Source: Patescibacteria group bacterium
Lineage (GTDB): Bacteria; Patescibacteriota; Patescibacteriia; Patescibacteriales; UBA12465
DNA length: 64,000 bases
NCBI GenBank assembly: GCA_041651355.1
Contig: JBAZJK010000001.1
Coordinates: 753,489-817,488, forward strand
Reading direction: 5' to 3'
Position 1 is the stretch's first letter. Each line of letters starts with the position of its first letter. The position numbers and the translations under genes were made by a program. Shown piece after piece: positions 1-9,166 of the stretch. The notes beneath the pieces are model-generated. The model saw nothing but the letters and a program-made list of their open reading frames with translations. It searched no databases and was not told the DNA's origin.

Positions 1-261
1 AAATGTAAAAACATCAAGAACCTTGATGCTAAAGGCGGTGAGGCTAAAGATATTCCTTGCCCGGCCTGTGGCGAGGGAAAAATTGTTAAAAAATTTAGCC
101 GTCGCGGCGCCTTCTATGCTTGTAATAATTACCCGAATTGCAAAAACGCCTATTGGGGGGAACCGACAGGCGAAAAATGCCCAGATTGCGGGGCTTTATT
201 GGTTAAGGAAAAAACTGGAAAAATAAAATGTAGCGACCGATCCTGCGGACACGAGGAATAA
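1..261 (+). CDS. topA: DNA topoisomerase I, C-terminal zinc-ribbon fragment (5' end cut by the window edge)
   Basis: Frame 1 is open from base 1 to TAA at 259-261. The translation (..CPACGEGKIVKKFSRRGAFYACNNYPNCKNAYW..CPDCGALLV..CSDRSCGHEE) contains repeated Cys4 zinc ribbons typical of the TopA C-terminus. It is absent from the ORF track because it has no start codon. Confidence 0.55.
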   Translation, partial: KCKNIKNLDAKGGEAKDIPCPACGEGKIVKKFSRRGAFYACNNYPNCKNAYWGEPTGEKCPDCGALLVKEKTGKIKCSDRSCGHEE

Positions 262-275
262 GAATTTCACAAATG

Positions 276-308
276 AAAAACAGGTCTCTCTAAGAGGCCT
301 GTTTTGTT
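276..308. terminator. Bidirectional intrinsic terminator
   Basis: Stem CAGGTCTC/GAGGCCTG (8 bp, one G-U pair) is flanked by an A5 run and TTTTGTT. It lies between convergent genes. Confidence 0.6.
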
Positions 309-316
309 ATTTAAGC

Positions 317-631
317 TTATTTTTTTGCCTTAGCTTTTTTGGTTTCTTTCTTCTCCTGATAAGCCGCCTTGCGATCTTTAATAAAATCCATGGCATGCTT
401 GGCAAACTCGGTAAACATCATTAAAGAAGCAGCGCCATTGGTGAATTTATTCTTAATATTAGCTACGATTCCTTCAGCCTCAATAGTAATCTTTTCTATC
501 CTCTTAGTGATCTTATATAATTTTTGGATGCTAGCGACGAAATAATAAATCGCCCAACACAGAAAGAAGCTCAGAGCCAAGACGCAGACCGACAGGACTA
601 AATTTAAGATGTCATTTGATGTTGAAAACAT
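317..631 (-). CDS. Small membrane-anchored hypothetical protein with a Lys-rich tail
   Basis: 104-aa ORF with one N-terminal hydrophobic helix (LVLSVCVLALSFFLCWAIYYFV) and a KKETKKAKAKK C-terminus. It is the last gene of the minus-strand valS-pheST run. Confidence 0.5.
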   Translation of the reverse strand: MFSTSNDILNLVLSVCVLALSFFLCWAIYYFVASIQKLYKITKRIEKITIEAEGIVANIKNKFTNGAASLMMFTEFAKHAMDFIKDRKAAYQEKKETKKAKAKK

Positions 632-668
632 ATTTTAAAAAATTAATTTTCCTCCTTAAGGCGCCGGA

Positions 669-3086
669 CTAGAAATTTCTCAACTGCGCCTCAAACTTAT
701 TTTCTAAATGGCTGACTAGACGGGATTGCAACTCATCGACTTCGCTGGCTTTCAGGGTTCTCTCTGGCGACTGGTAGCTTAGATGGAAGGCCAAACTCTT
801 AAGATTGCTAGCTAATTTCGAACCACTATAAACATCAAAAAGCTCTACCCGGACGATCAGTTCACTAAAGTTCTTAATCTCTTCCCTGATTTCATTATAC
901 AATACTTTTTGCGGAATCACAAAAGCTAAATCGCGAGTCAAAGCCGGATAACGGGCTGGCTCTTCATATTTTTTATTCTTAGCTTGTAGAAATAGGTCGT
1001 GCAAACTGCGCCAATCAATTTCAGCTACTGAGCAGGCTTTTTTCAAACCGAAATCACCAGCCCGATCTTCGCTGACCCGAGCTATCAAACCTAAAGAGAC
1101 ATTTCCGACACATACCTTAGCGGCTAAACCCTTGCTGGCCCAAGGAGTCTCTTCTTCGAGTGGCAAAAAATTAGTCTCTAAGCCTTGCCCTAATAGACTT
1201 TGTAAAAAGTTATTGACGCGACCCTTGAGATTAGCAAAAGAATCTCCTTGGTTACTTGCTATTAGTAGAGCTAAAAATTTATCCTGATATGGCAAGAACT
1301 CTCCATTATTATCTTTATTGATCGTCCCGCTTAAAGGCTTAAAAACCCGGCCGATCTCAAACAGGGCAATCTCTTCATAATTGAACTGGTTGGTGCGGAC
1401 ATTATTTAATAAGCCCACCAAAAGGTTCTGACGCAAAAGAGTGTGTTGTTCGGAAATAGGATTAACCAAGCGAAGATTGTTAGACCAATCAAGGTTTAAT
1501 TTCTTCAGCTGGGTTTCATTCACGAAAGAATAATTATAAATCTCTGTAAAATGATTTTCTTTAGCTAAAATATCTTGAACCTGCCTTTCTAATTCATTCT
1601 CAGTCAGCGCTAAGGGTGGTCTTAGCTGTACTACCGGCCAAACCGCTTCGATGTTATCATAACCATAAATCCGGGCGACTTCTTCTAAAATATCTTCTTT
1701 GCTAGAAACATCTTTAGCGGCCCGCCAGGTCGGAATCAGAGCGGAAAATTCATTATGAGAGACGCTAACACTAAAACCAAGCTTTTCCAAGATATGAATA
1801 ATTTTTTTCTTATCTATCTTAAATCCTAAGCGCTGACACAGCCAATCATGGCTAAATTGGACTGGTCCTAGATAAAGGTTGAAGCTGGCTGATTCGCTTA
1901 ATTGGCTGCCTAGAACCATATCGGGGCAAACTTGTTTTAATAAGAATATGAAACGACGCCAGGCTAAATCGCTTAAATTGGGGTCCAGACCTTTCTCAAA
2001 GCGCATCGAGGCTTCAGTCCGTAAACCTAGGGTAGAAGAAGTCTTTCGAATAGAAACTGGTTCGAAATTCGCCGATTCCAAGATGATGCTTCGTGTTTCC
2101 GCTTTGATGCCGCTCTCCAAGCCCCCCATAACTCCGGCAATAGCGAGTGGTTTCTTGCCGTCGGTGACAAGAAGCATATCCTCGCTCAAATGGCGCTCGA
2201 CCTCGTCTAGGGTGACTAAGCTTTCCTGGCGTTTAGCCCGGCGAACAACAATTTGCTTGATATTATCAGCCGCAAAAGCATGCAAAGGCTGGCCCAGCTC
2301 CCACATCACATAGTTGGTTAAGTCGACTACATTGTTAATGGGCTTGAGACCAACGGCGAGAAGGCGATCCTTGAGCCAAGCTGGAGATTCTTGAATCTTG
2401 ATGCCATCAATCTTAATCGCCTGATATCTTGGACAAAGTTTTGCATCTTCAATTTTTAAACTAAGCTTTTCTTTCGCTTCCAACTTAAGTTCAAGATCGA
2501 TAAAATCACTATAGGGCTTTAACTTTAAATCAAAAATAGTAGCCACCTCACGAGCTAGGCCGTATTGACCCCAAAGGTCACTCCGATTTGATAAAGACTT
2601 ATTGTCTATCTCTAGAATAATATCATCATGATTTAAATAAGCAGAAAATTCTTGGCCAATTTTTGCTCTGTCTAAAACCATTATCCCGGAATGATCATGA
2701 CCTAAGCCGAGCTCATCTTCAGCACAAATCATACCTCTTGATTTGACGCCCCTGATTTCTGACTCTTTGATCTCTAGGCCATTCGGTAGCTGCGCGCCCA
2801 CTAAAGCGACCGGCACTAATTGGCCAACCGCGACATTAGGGGCGCCACAAACTATTTCCAAAACCTCTGAGCGGACATCAACTTTAGTCAAGCGTAGACG
2901 ATCAGCATTAGGATGGGGTTCAACTGATAAAACCTTGCCGACGATAACCCTGTCATACCGCTTAGCGAGATCGGTAATACCCTCAACTTCAACCGTGTGC
3001 ATCGTTAGTTTGTCTCTCAATTCGAACGGACTGATCGATTTTGGCAATTTTACAAAATCCTTCAGCCAATTAATGGATAATAACAT
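669..3086 (-). CDS. pheT: Phenylalanine--tRNA ligase beta subunit
   Basis: 805 aa. The N-terminal tRNA-binding OB domain (VGKVLSVEPHPNADRLRLTKVDV), B3/4 and B5 regions and a C-terminal anticodon-binding-like domain are present. It lies immediately downstream of pheS. Confidence 0.95.
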   Translation of the reverse strand: MLLSINWLKDFVKLPKSISPFELRDKLTMHTVEVEGITDLAKRYDRVIVGKVLSVEPHPNADRLRLTKVDVRSEVLEIVCGAPNVAVGQLVPVALVGAQLPNGLEIKESEIRGVKSRGMICAEDELGLGHDHSGIMVLDRAKIGQEFSAYLNHDDIILEIDNKSLSNRSDLWGQYGLAREVATIFDLKLKPYSDFIDLELKLEAKEKLSLKIEDAKLCPRYQAIKIDGIKIQESPAWLKDRLLAVGLKPINNVVDLTNYVMWELGQPLHAFAADNIKQIVVRRAKRQESLVTLDEVERHLSEDMLLVTDGKKPLAIAGVMGGLESGIKAETRSIILESANFEPVSIRKTSSTLGLRTEASMRFEKGLDPNLSDLAWRRFIFLLKQVCPDMVLGSQLSESASFNLYLGPVQFSHDWLCQRLGFKIDKKKIIHILEKLGFSVSVSHNEFSALIPTWRAAKDVSSKEDILEEVARIYGYDNIEAVWPVVQLRPPLALTENELERQVQDILAKENHFTEIYNYSFVNETQLKKLNLDWSNNLRLVNPISEQHTLLRQNLLVGLLNNVRTNQFNYEEIALFEIGRVFKPLSGTINKDNNGEFLPYQDKFLALLIASNQGDSFANLKGRVNNFLQSLLGQGLETNFLPLEEETPWASKGLAAKVCVGNVSLGLIARVSEDRAGDFGLKKACSVAEIDWRSLHDLFLQAKNKKYEEPARYPALTRDLAFVIPQKVLYNEIREEIKNFSELIVRVELFDVYSGSKLASNLKSLAFHLSYQSPERTLKASEVDELQSRLVSHLENKFEAQLRNF

Positions 3087-3090
3087 ATAA

Positions 3091-4119
3091 TTAGAATTGT
3101 TCTAAAAATCTTAAATCTCCACTATTAAACAAGCGGATATCATCGATCCCGTATTTAAGCATCGCCAAACGGTTCAAGCCAAAGCCAAAGGCCAAGCCAG
3201 AATATTCCTCAGGATCCAAGCCTCCGGCCCGTAAAACGCTGGGATGGATAAGCCCGCAGCCGACGATCTCCAACCAACCGCTGTATTTGCAAACCCGGCA
3301 ACCCTGGCCCCCACATAGAAAACAAGTGTATTCACCGTTAGAACCAGGCTCGACAAAAGGGTAAAACTTAGGCCGCATCCTTAATTTAGTATTCGGGCCA
3401 TAAAGCCTTTGGCCGACTAACTCCATTAAATTCTTCAGGTGGCCGAAATTGATATTCTTATCAATCATCAAGCCTTCAAGCTGATAAAAAGTGTGCTCAT
3501 GGCGAGCATCAGTGGCCTCGCTACGATAGGTGCGGCCAGGAATTATCGCTCTTAAAGGCGCTCCATACTTTTGGATAGCCCTCACTTGGGTATTAGAGGT
3601 CTGAGTCCTCATCACCAAGTCATAAACACCCTGCTTATTCTTAAGGTCCACATAAAAAGTATCTTGCATATCGCGAGCCGGATGATGCGGCGGAATATTA
3701 AGGGCTTCAAAGTTATAATAATCGCTTTCGAGCTCCGGACCATCTAGAGACATAAACCCTAAAGAAGCAAACAAGTCTTCTAGCTCCCTCTTTGTTTGAG
3801 TCAAAGGATGCAGCGACCCTCGAGAAAACTTGGGGCCAGGCAGGGTAACGTCAATAAAATCTTGACCTGGGCGTTCGCCTTGGACTAAGCGTTTAGCTTC
3901 ATTAAACTTCGCCTCCAATTCATTTTTTATATTGTTGGCCAACTCCCCGACTTCCTTCCTTAGATCGGTGCTTAGTTCGCCCAAGCCGTGCATCAAGGTG
4001 CTTAAACGTCCTTTACGAGACAAATATGTAAGCTCCAGCTCCTTAAGGAGTTCATGATTTTTCGCTTCTTCTAGGCGAACCAAGAATTCCTCTCTCAGAG
4101 CTTGTAATTTATTCTTCAT
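3091..4119 (-). CDS. pheS: Phenylalanine--tRNA ligase alpha subunit
   Basis: Class II aaRS motifs are present (GRTYRSEATDARHEHTFYQLEG, GLAFGFGLNRLAML). The ATG at 4119 (MKNKLQALREEF) is preferred over the track start at 4173, which overlaps the upstream gene. Confidence 0.93.
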   Translation of the reverse strand: MKNKLQALREEFLVRLEEAKNHELLKELELTYLSRKGRLSTLMHGLGELSTDLRKEVGELANNIKNELEAKFNEAKRLVQGERPGQDFIDVTLPGPKFSRGSLHPLTQTKRELEDLFASLGFMSLDGPELESDYYNFEALNIPPHHPARDMQDTFYVDLKNKQGVYDLVMRTQTSNTQVRAIQKYGAPLRAIIPGRTYRSEATDARHEHTFYQLEGLMIDKNINFGHLKNLMELVGQRLYGPNTKLRMRPKFYPFVEPGSNGEYTCFLCGGQGCRVCKYSGWLEIVGCGLIHPSVLRAGGLDPEEYSGLAFGFGLNRLAMLKYGIDDIRLFNSGDLRFLEQF

Positions 4120-4123
4120 ATGG

Positions 4124-4507
4124 TTAATTATTGTTGCTTTTCTTATGAGAAGAAAAATACTCCCAGATGGCAAATATTACAACTAATAAAATTAAATTAA
4201 GCCAGCTAAAGAGATGCTGGGCTAAAAGCAGGAATAAACAGATGATAAAGCAGGCAAAAATGAGCGATTGCTTGAAAGCGAGACGGACAACCCGAAAAGC
4301 GAGTTCATGTTTTAAAACCTTAAAACGCACCACAAATCCTAATAGCGCCGCCGTGCCGAACACCGATAAAAACAGAGAGGCGTAAAAAAGCAGGAAACCC
4401 AACCAATTGGTCTTTTCTGGATCAACCAAGTTGGTAATGAAAATAAAGACACCCCAACAAAGAGCGGTCAGCATTCCCATCACTAACAAATAATTTTTTA
4501 AAGTCAT
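4124..4507 (-). CDS. Hypothetical integral membrane protein (about 4 TM helices)
   Basis: 127-aa hydrophobic ORF packed tightly between valS and pheS. The family is not recognised. Confidence 0.5.
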   Translation of the reverse strand: MTLKNYLLVMGMLTALCWGVFIFITNLVDPEKTNWLGFLLFYASLFLSVFGTAALLGFVVRFKVLKHELAFRVVRLAFKQSLIFACFIICLFLLLAQHLFSWLNLILLVVIFAIWEYFSSHKKSNNN

Positions 4508-4517
4508 AAACGATTTA

Positions 4518-7148
4518 TTATTTAAGCGATTGATTTATTTTCTCTAGCTCTTGTTGGTAGATGGCTAATTTGCTTTCCTCTTGAGCAACTATCTCTCTGG
4601 GGGCGTTAGCTTGGAATTCGGTATTAGCTAGTTTGGCCTGGGTGGCATTAACTAGCCTTTCTAAATTGGCTTTCTCTTTTCCTAAACGCGCCAACTCTTT
4701 TTCACGGTCTACGGCTCCTAACAAATAAATTTCCGTTCCCCGACTAATCACTTTGATGGCACTATCATCATCTAGTCTTTCTTTTATAAACTCCAGATCG
4801 CTGATACCCGTCTTCAAGCTTTTAATAAGCTCTGACTGCGATTCAATCAAATCTTGATCATCAGGGCTAAAAACCTTTCCCACCACCTTTTTCGCCGGCT
4901 CTACCCGATTCTGGCTGCGAGCGTCCCTAATGCTCTGGATAATCTCGATAACGCGACTTATAGATAATTCAGCTGCTTCTGAGTTCCTATCATCTTTCCA
5001 ATCATTGCTTTGCGGCCAGGCCGCCACCATCAAAAGAGAATCGTTAAAATGACTCCAGATTGCCTCGGTAACGAAAGGAATAAAAGGATGCCACAGGATT
5101 AGCACATTCTTTAAGAGATAAACGAGAATTTCGTCTTTATTCTTTTCAACTTTGGCCATCTCTAAATACCAATCTGCTAGCTTATTCCAGGTAAAATCTT
5201 CCAGGGCTTCAGCGGCTAAAGAAAACTCATAATTTTTCAGATAAATATCAACGCGCTCAACGCATGACTTAAGATTAAACAAAATCCACTCGTCAGCAGC
5301 CGTTCTAGATAGAGGAGTTTTGTCAATCGGGGTCTTATGAGAATCCTCAGAAACGCTACCCAAGATATAACGGGAAATATTCCAAAGCTTATTAACAAAA
5401 TTTCTCTTAGCTTCGGCCTTATCTTCACTGAAACGGGTAGCATTCCCTGGAGTCGATCCCATAAGCAGGGAGAGGCGCAGGGCGTCAGTGCCATATTTTT
5501 CAATCATATCTACCGGATCAACACCATTACCTTTGGATTTAGACATCTTTTTGCCGTTCTTGTCCAAAACCGTACCATGAAGATAAACCTTTTCAAAAGG
5601 AATCTCTTGTAGGGCAAATAAGGACATCATGATCATTCTGGAAACCCAAAGGGTTAATATTTCCGAACCAGTCTCTAAAACCTGAGTGGGATGAAAACGC
5701 GCTAAGTCGCCCGTTTTTTTATGTTCAGAAAAGCTCTCCGGCCAACCTAAAGTGGAAAAAGTCCACATCCCCGAAGAGAACCAAGTATCCAGAGTATCTG
5801 GATCCTGTTCCCAATTACCTGAAGCTGGCATCTCGCCCACCGCTATCTTATCGCCTTGATACCAGACTGGGATACGATGGCCGAACCAAATTTGGCGAGA
5901 GATGCACCAATCATGCAGGCTGGCCATCCAATCTAAATAACGCTGTTTGAAACGAGCGGGAATAAATGTGATTTGTCCATTAAGTGCCACTTCTCGGGCC
6001 ACTGCTTTTAAGCTTTGTCCCCCGAGCTTAGCTACCGGCCGATCAACACCAACGAACCATTGCTGAGAGGGCAAGGGTTCGATAGCGGTTCCGCAGCGAT
6101 AGCAAACCGACAAATTATTCATAACCTCTTCTTCTTTTTCTAATAAGCCGGCGGCTTTAAGATTTAAAATGATCGCTTCTCCAGCTGCCTTGGCATCTAA
6201 GCCGGCATAATCACCAAAATCCTTGTTTATCTGGCCTTCTTCGTTAATTACTTTTATGACCGGCAAATCATTATTCTCAGCCATCTGCCAATCAATTAAA
6301 GAATGGGCCGGAGTCACCCCTAAAGCCCCGGTGCCGAATTCCATCTCAACATTGTGATCAGCGATAATTTTTATATCGAGCTCCTGGCCGACAAAATTCA
6401 CTTTAAAACTCTGACCGATATATTCCTGATAACGCGGGTCCTTGGGATTGACCGCCACCGCGGTGTCACCCAATTTAGTCTCCGGTCGGGTAGTGGAAAT
6501 ACTGATAGGAAAATCGGGGCCATACTTAAAAGTATAAAGCTTAGCGCTTTGCTCCTTATGCTCGACTTCATCATCCGCCAGGGTGGAGTGACAGCGTGGG
6601 CACCAATTGACTATCCTCTCTCCGCGGTAAATAACCCCCGCCTCATACATGTCTTTAAACATTTTTCGGACTGCCTCTTGCCGGGAGTCGTCGAGGGTAA
6701 AAGCCAGGCGGGACCAATCCAAAGAGGCCCCCATTTTCCTAGTTTGGTTTAAAATCGTCGCTTGGGTAACTTCTACGAATTTACTTACTTCGGCTAAAAA
6801 TTTATCCCGACCTAAGGCGTGACGGCTCAAGCACTTCTCGGCTAACAATTTTTTTTCAACCACGTTTTGGGTGGCGATAGCCGCATGATCCGTGCCTGGC
6901 AACCAAAGCGTCCGATATGATTTCAAACGGTAATAACGGATTAGCAGATCTTCGATGGCTAACATCATGCTATGGCCAACGTGTAATTTATCCGTAATGT
7001 TAGGAGGAGGCAGGATGATGGTATAAGAAGGCGCCCCTGGTTCAAGGTTCAAATTATCCGGATTAAACAGCCCGGATTCTTCCCATTGTTTGTAGATTTT
7101 AGCCTCATAATCCTGAGGATTATAGACCTTGTTAAATTCAGCTTTCAT
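4518..7148 (-). CDS. valS: Valine--tRNA ligase
   Basis: HIGH-type motif (LHVGHSMM), KMSKS motif (KMSKSKGN) and a C-terminal coiled coil are present. The ATG at 7148 (MKAEFNKVYNPQDYE..) is preferred to the TTG at 7184. Confidence 0.95.
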   Translation of the reverse strand: MKAEFNKVYNPQDYEAKIYKQWEESGLFNPDNLNLEPGAPSYTIILPPPNITDKLHVGHSMMLAIEDLLIRYYRLKSYRTLWLPGTDHAAIATQNVVEKKLLAEKCLSRHALGRDKFLAEVSKFVEVTQATILNQTRKMGASLDWSRLAFTLDDSRQEAVRKMFKDMYEAGVIYRGERIVNWCPRCHSTLADDEVEHKEQSAKLYTFKYGPDFPISISTTRPETKLGDTAVAVNPKDPRYQEYIGQSFKVNFVGQELDIKIIADHNVEMEFGTGALGVTPAHSLIDWQMAENNDLPVIKVINEEGQINKDFGDYAGLDAKAAGEAIILNLKAAGLLEKEEEVMNNLSVCYRCGTAIEPLPSQQWFVGVDRPVAKLGGQSLKAVAREVALNGQITFIPARFKQRYLDWMASLHDWCISRQIWFGHRIPVWYQGDKIAVGEMPASGNWEQDPDTLDTWFSSGMWTFSTLGWPESFSEHKKTGDLARFHPTQVLETGSEILTLWVSRMIMMSLFALQEIPFEKVYLHGTVLDKNGKKMSKSKGNGVDPVDMIEKYGTDALRLSLLMGSTPGNATRFSEDKAEAKRNFVNKLWNISRYILGSVSEDSHKTPIDKTPLSRTAADEWILFNLKSCVERVDIYLKNYEFSLAAEALEDFTWNKLADWYLEMAKVEKNKDEILVYLLKNVLILWHPFIPFVTEAIWSHFNDSLLMVAAWPQSNDWKDDRNSEAAELSISRVIEIIQSIRDARSQNRVEPAKKVVGKVFSPDDQDLIESQSELIKSLKTGISDLEFIKERLDDDSAIKVISRGTEIYLLGAVDREKELARLGKEKANLERLVNATQAKLANTEFQANAPREIVAQEESKLAIYQQELEKINQSLK

Positions 7149-7253
7149 ACCTTTAAAATTACCAAAAAAAACGCCCTGAGTCAACCGAAAAAGCCTTGAC
7201 TCGGGCTAAAAAATTCTCTATATTTAAAGATTAAATCTATCGCATTAGACAAC

Positions 7254-8393
7254 ATGCTCAACCAAGAACAGCAAATCTTCAAACAAATAGAGAAAGCTAA
7301 TAATATCATTATCGTCTTCCCTAAAATAGCGGATGGCGACGTCTTGGCTTGTGCCCTGGCCTGGCTTCTATTTCTAAAGAAACTAGACAAAAAAGTGGAA
7401 ATAGTTGGGGGACAGCCTCTCTCCCTCAAAACCTGGTCATTCCTACCTGGGTCAAGCGAAATTAAAGAGAACATTGATAACCTAAGGAACTTTATCGTGT
7501 CTTTGGATATAAAGAATGCCAAAGTCGGACAAATCAAATATCTAGTAGAAAACAACCAGCTTAACTTCATCATTTCGCCTAAATCTGGCTGGTTCACGCC
7601 AGAAGATGTCTCCGCTTCGGCCAGCGGTTTCAAGCATGATTTGATCTTGAGCCTAGGAACGGCTGATTTAGAGTCTCTCGGGGACGCCTATGACCAGAAT
7701 GTCGAATTTTTCTACAAGACCACTATTATAAATATTGATAACCACCCAGACAATGAAGAATACGGACAGATAAATTTCATCGACCTCAACTCTCTATCCT
7801 TGACTGAGGCCAGCTTCCATCTTTTCAAGGCATACCAAGAAAAAAATATCGATGAGGATATCGCTACCTGCCTATTAGCTGGAATAATTGCAAAAACCAA
7901 GAACTTCAAGACGCCTAACTTGACCCCGCGCATCCTTCTCAACAGTTCTGATCTGATCAATCTCGGCGCGCGCCGCGAGGAAATAACTGATCGCCTATAC
8001 CGGTCAAAAGGCCTCAACGTCCTAAAACTTTGGGGGCGAGCCCTAGAAACATTGCAAGCCGAGGCCGGTAACCACTTGATTTGGTCAATTCTAAATAAGG
8101 AAAATCTGCCCCCCAACTATAACCCAGAAAATGACTTAAATGATATCATTGATGAGCTGATCATCAACATTCCAGAGGCTAAGATCATTATTGCCTTTTA
8201 CCCTGGCGATAATGATAATGAGAGCCGCGCCCTCGTCTACTCCGTTAAAAACATCGACCTTAAAGAAATATTCAAAAACTACGAGCCAGAAGGAAGGATA
8301 AAATCCGTCAAAATAAAGATAAACCACGAGCTTACCAAAGCCAGCGAAGAGATAACAGAGTTAGCCAAAAAAGCGCTTGTCAAAATAGTTTAG
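7254..8393 (+). CDS. DHH-family (NrnA-like) phosphoesterase homolog with degenerate catalytic motifs
   Basis: 379 aa. An N-terminal DHH-like layout (IIIVFPKIADGDVLACALA ... INIDNHPDN) is followed by a DHHA1-like C-terminal half. The canonical DHH triad reads DNH. Confidence 0.55.
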   Translation: MLNQEQQIFKQIEKANNIIIVFPKIADGDVLACALAWLLFLKKLDKKVEIVGGQPLSLKTWSFLPGSSEIKENIDNLRNFIVSLDIKNAKVGQIKYLVENNQLNFIISPKSGWFTPEDVSASASGFKHDLILSLGTADLESLGDAYDQNVEFFYKTTIINIDNHPDNEEYGQINFIDLNSLSLTEASFHLFKAYQEKNIDEDIATCLLAGIIAKTKNFKTPNLTPRILLNSSDLINLGARREEITDRLYRSKGLNVLKLWGRALETLQAEAGNHLIWSILNKENLPPNYNPENDLNDIIDELIINIPEAKIIIAFYPGDNDNESRALVYSVKNIDLKEIFKNYEPEGRIKSVKIKINHELTKASEEITELAKKALVKIV

Positions 8394-8404
8394 GTAGGTA
8401 TAAT
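8377..8404 (+). promoter_or_regulatory. Candidate sigma70-type promoter for the tRNA-Ile/tRNA-Val pair
   Basis: TTGTCA (8377-8382), 16-nt spacer, TATAAT (8399-8404), about 40 nt upstream of the first tRNA. Confidence 0.4.
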
Positions 8405-8444
8405 AAAGGTGCTAGCCATTTTTTCTAGAATCATCTATAATATC

Positions 8445-8518
8445 GGGCATATAGCTCAGTTGGTTAGAGCACCGCTCTTATAAAGCGGGGGTCGATGGTT
8501 CAAGTCCATCTATGCCCA
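8445..8518 (+). tRNA. tRNA-Ile, anticodon UAU
   Basis: The cloverleaf was folded by hand: acceptor GGGCATA/TATGCCC, anticodon stem CCGCT/AGCGG, loop CTTATAA, T-loop TTCAAGT. No CCA is encoded. Confidence 0.85.
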
Positions 8519-8524
8519 CTAAAC

Positions 8525-8598
8525 GGACCCGTAGCTCAGTTGGTTAGAGCGTTACGTTGACATCGTAAAGGTCGCCCGTTCGAGCCGGGCCGGGTCCA
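8525..8598 (+). tRNA. tRNA-Val, anticodon GAC
   Basis: Acceptor GGACCCG/CGGGTCC, anticodon stem TTACG/CGTAA, loop TTGACAT, T-loop TTCGAGC. No CCA is encoded. Confidence 0.9.
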
Positions 8599-8602
8599 CA
8601 CT

Positions 8603-8632
8603 AAAAACAAGCCTGTCATCGGGCTTGTTTTT
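8603..8632 (+). terminator. Intrinsic terminator after the tRNA pair
   Basis: Stem ACAAGCC/GGCTTGT followed by a T5 run. Confidence 0.65.
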
Positions 8633-8692
8633 ATTAAGATAATATTTACTTTTCCCTGAAAGACTGATAAATTAGAGAGGTAGATACTCTAT

Positions 8693-9142
8693 ATGATTAA
8701 AATATTCAAAAACCCTAAGATAAAGAATGAAGAAAAAAATAACCGTAACAGTTTTTTGGAAGAAATCGCTCAAGATCAAGATGATTGGAGCCAAGAAGAT
8801 CAAATTGAAGGACAATTAGCTATTGATGTTTATCAGACCAAACATAAAATTATCATTAAATCGACTATTGCTGGCGTCAAACCGGAAGATTTAAAGATAT
8901 CGCTCCATCACGATCTCTTAAGCATCAAAGGACATCGTCACCTCGATGAAAACATCGATGAGAACGACTATCTATTTAAAGAGTGCTATTGGGGTAATTT
9001 TTCCCGAGCGATTATCTTACCGTCTGAAGTCGACCCCGGCCGCATCGATGCCGTTCTGGAAAACGGCATCCTAACTATTAGTTTAGAAAAAATCAAAACC
9101 GAACCGGTACAGATTGCTGTCCAGGAAGAAGAATCCGAATAA
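8693..9142 (+). CDS. Hsp20/alpha-crystallin family small heat-shock protein
   Basis: 149 aa with an alpha-crystallin domain (AIDVYQTKHKIIIKSTIAGVKPEDLKISL..LSIKG...FSRAIILPSEVDPGRIDAVLENGILTISLEK). Confidence 0.85.
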   Translation: MIKIFKNPKIKNEEKNNRNSFLEEIAQDQDDWSQEDQIEGQLAIDVYQTKHKIIIKSTIAGVKPEDLKISLHHDLLSIKGHRHLDENIDENDYLFKECYWGNFSRAIILPSEVDPGRIDAVLENGILTISLEKIKTEPVQIAVQEEESE

Positions 9143-9166
9143 TATAGGCCTTAAGGCCATACATCT

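Noticed and set aside
1879-3090. Plus-strand ORFs 1879-2313 and 2743-3090 inside pheT
   Set aside because: They are antisense shadows of a conserved aaRS gene and show no independent signals.
7181-7633. 150-aa minus-strand ORF overlapping the DHH-family gene
   Set aside because: It is antisense to a longer ORF with recognisable domain motifs, and it would extend across the valS/DHH divergent promoter.
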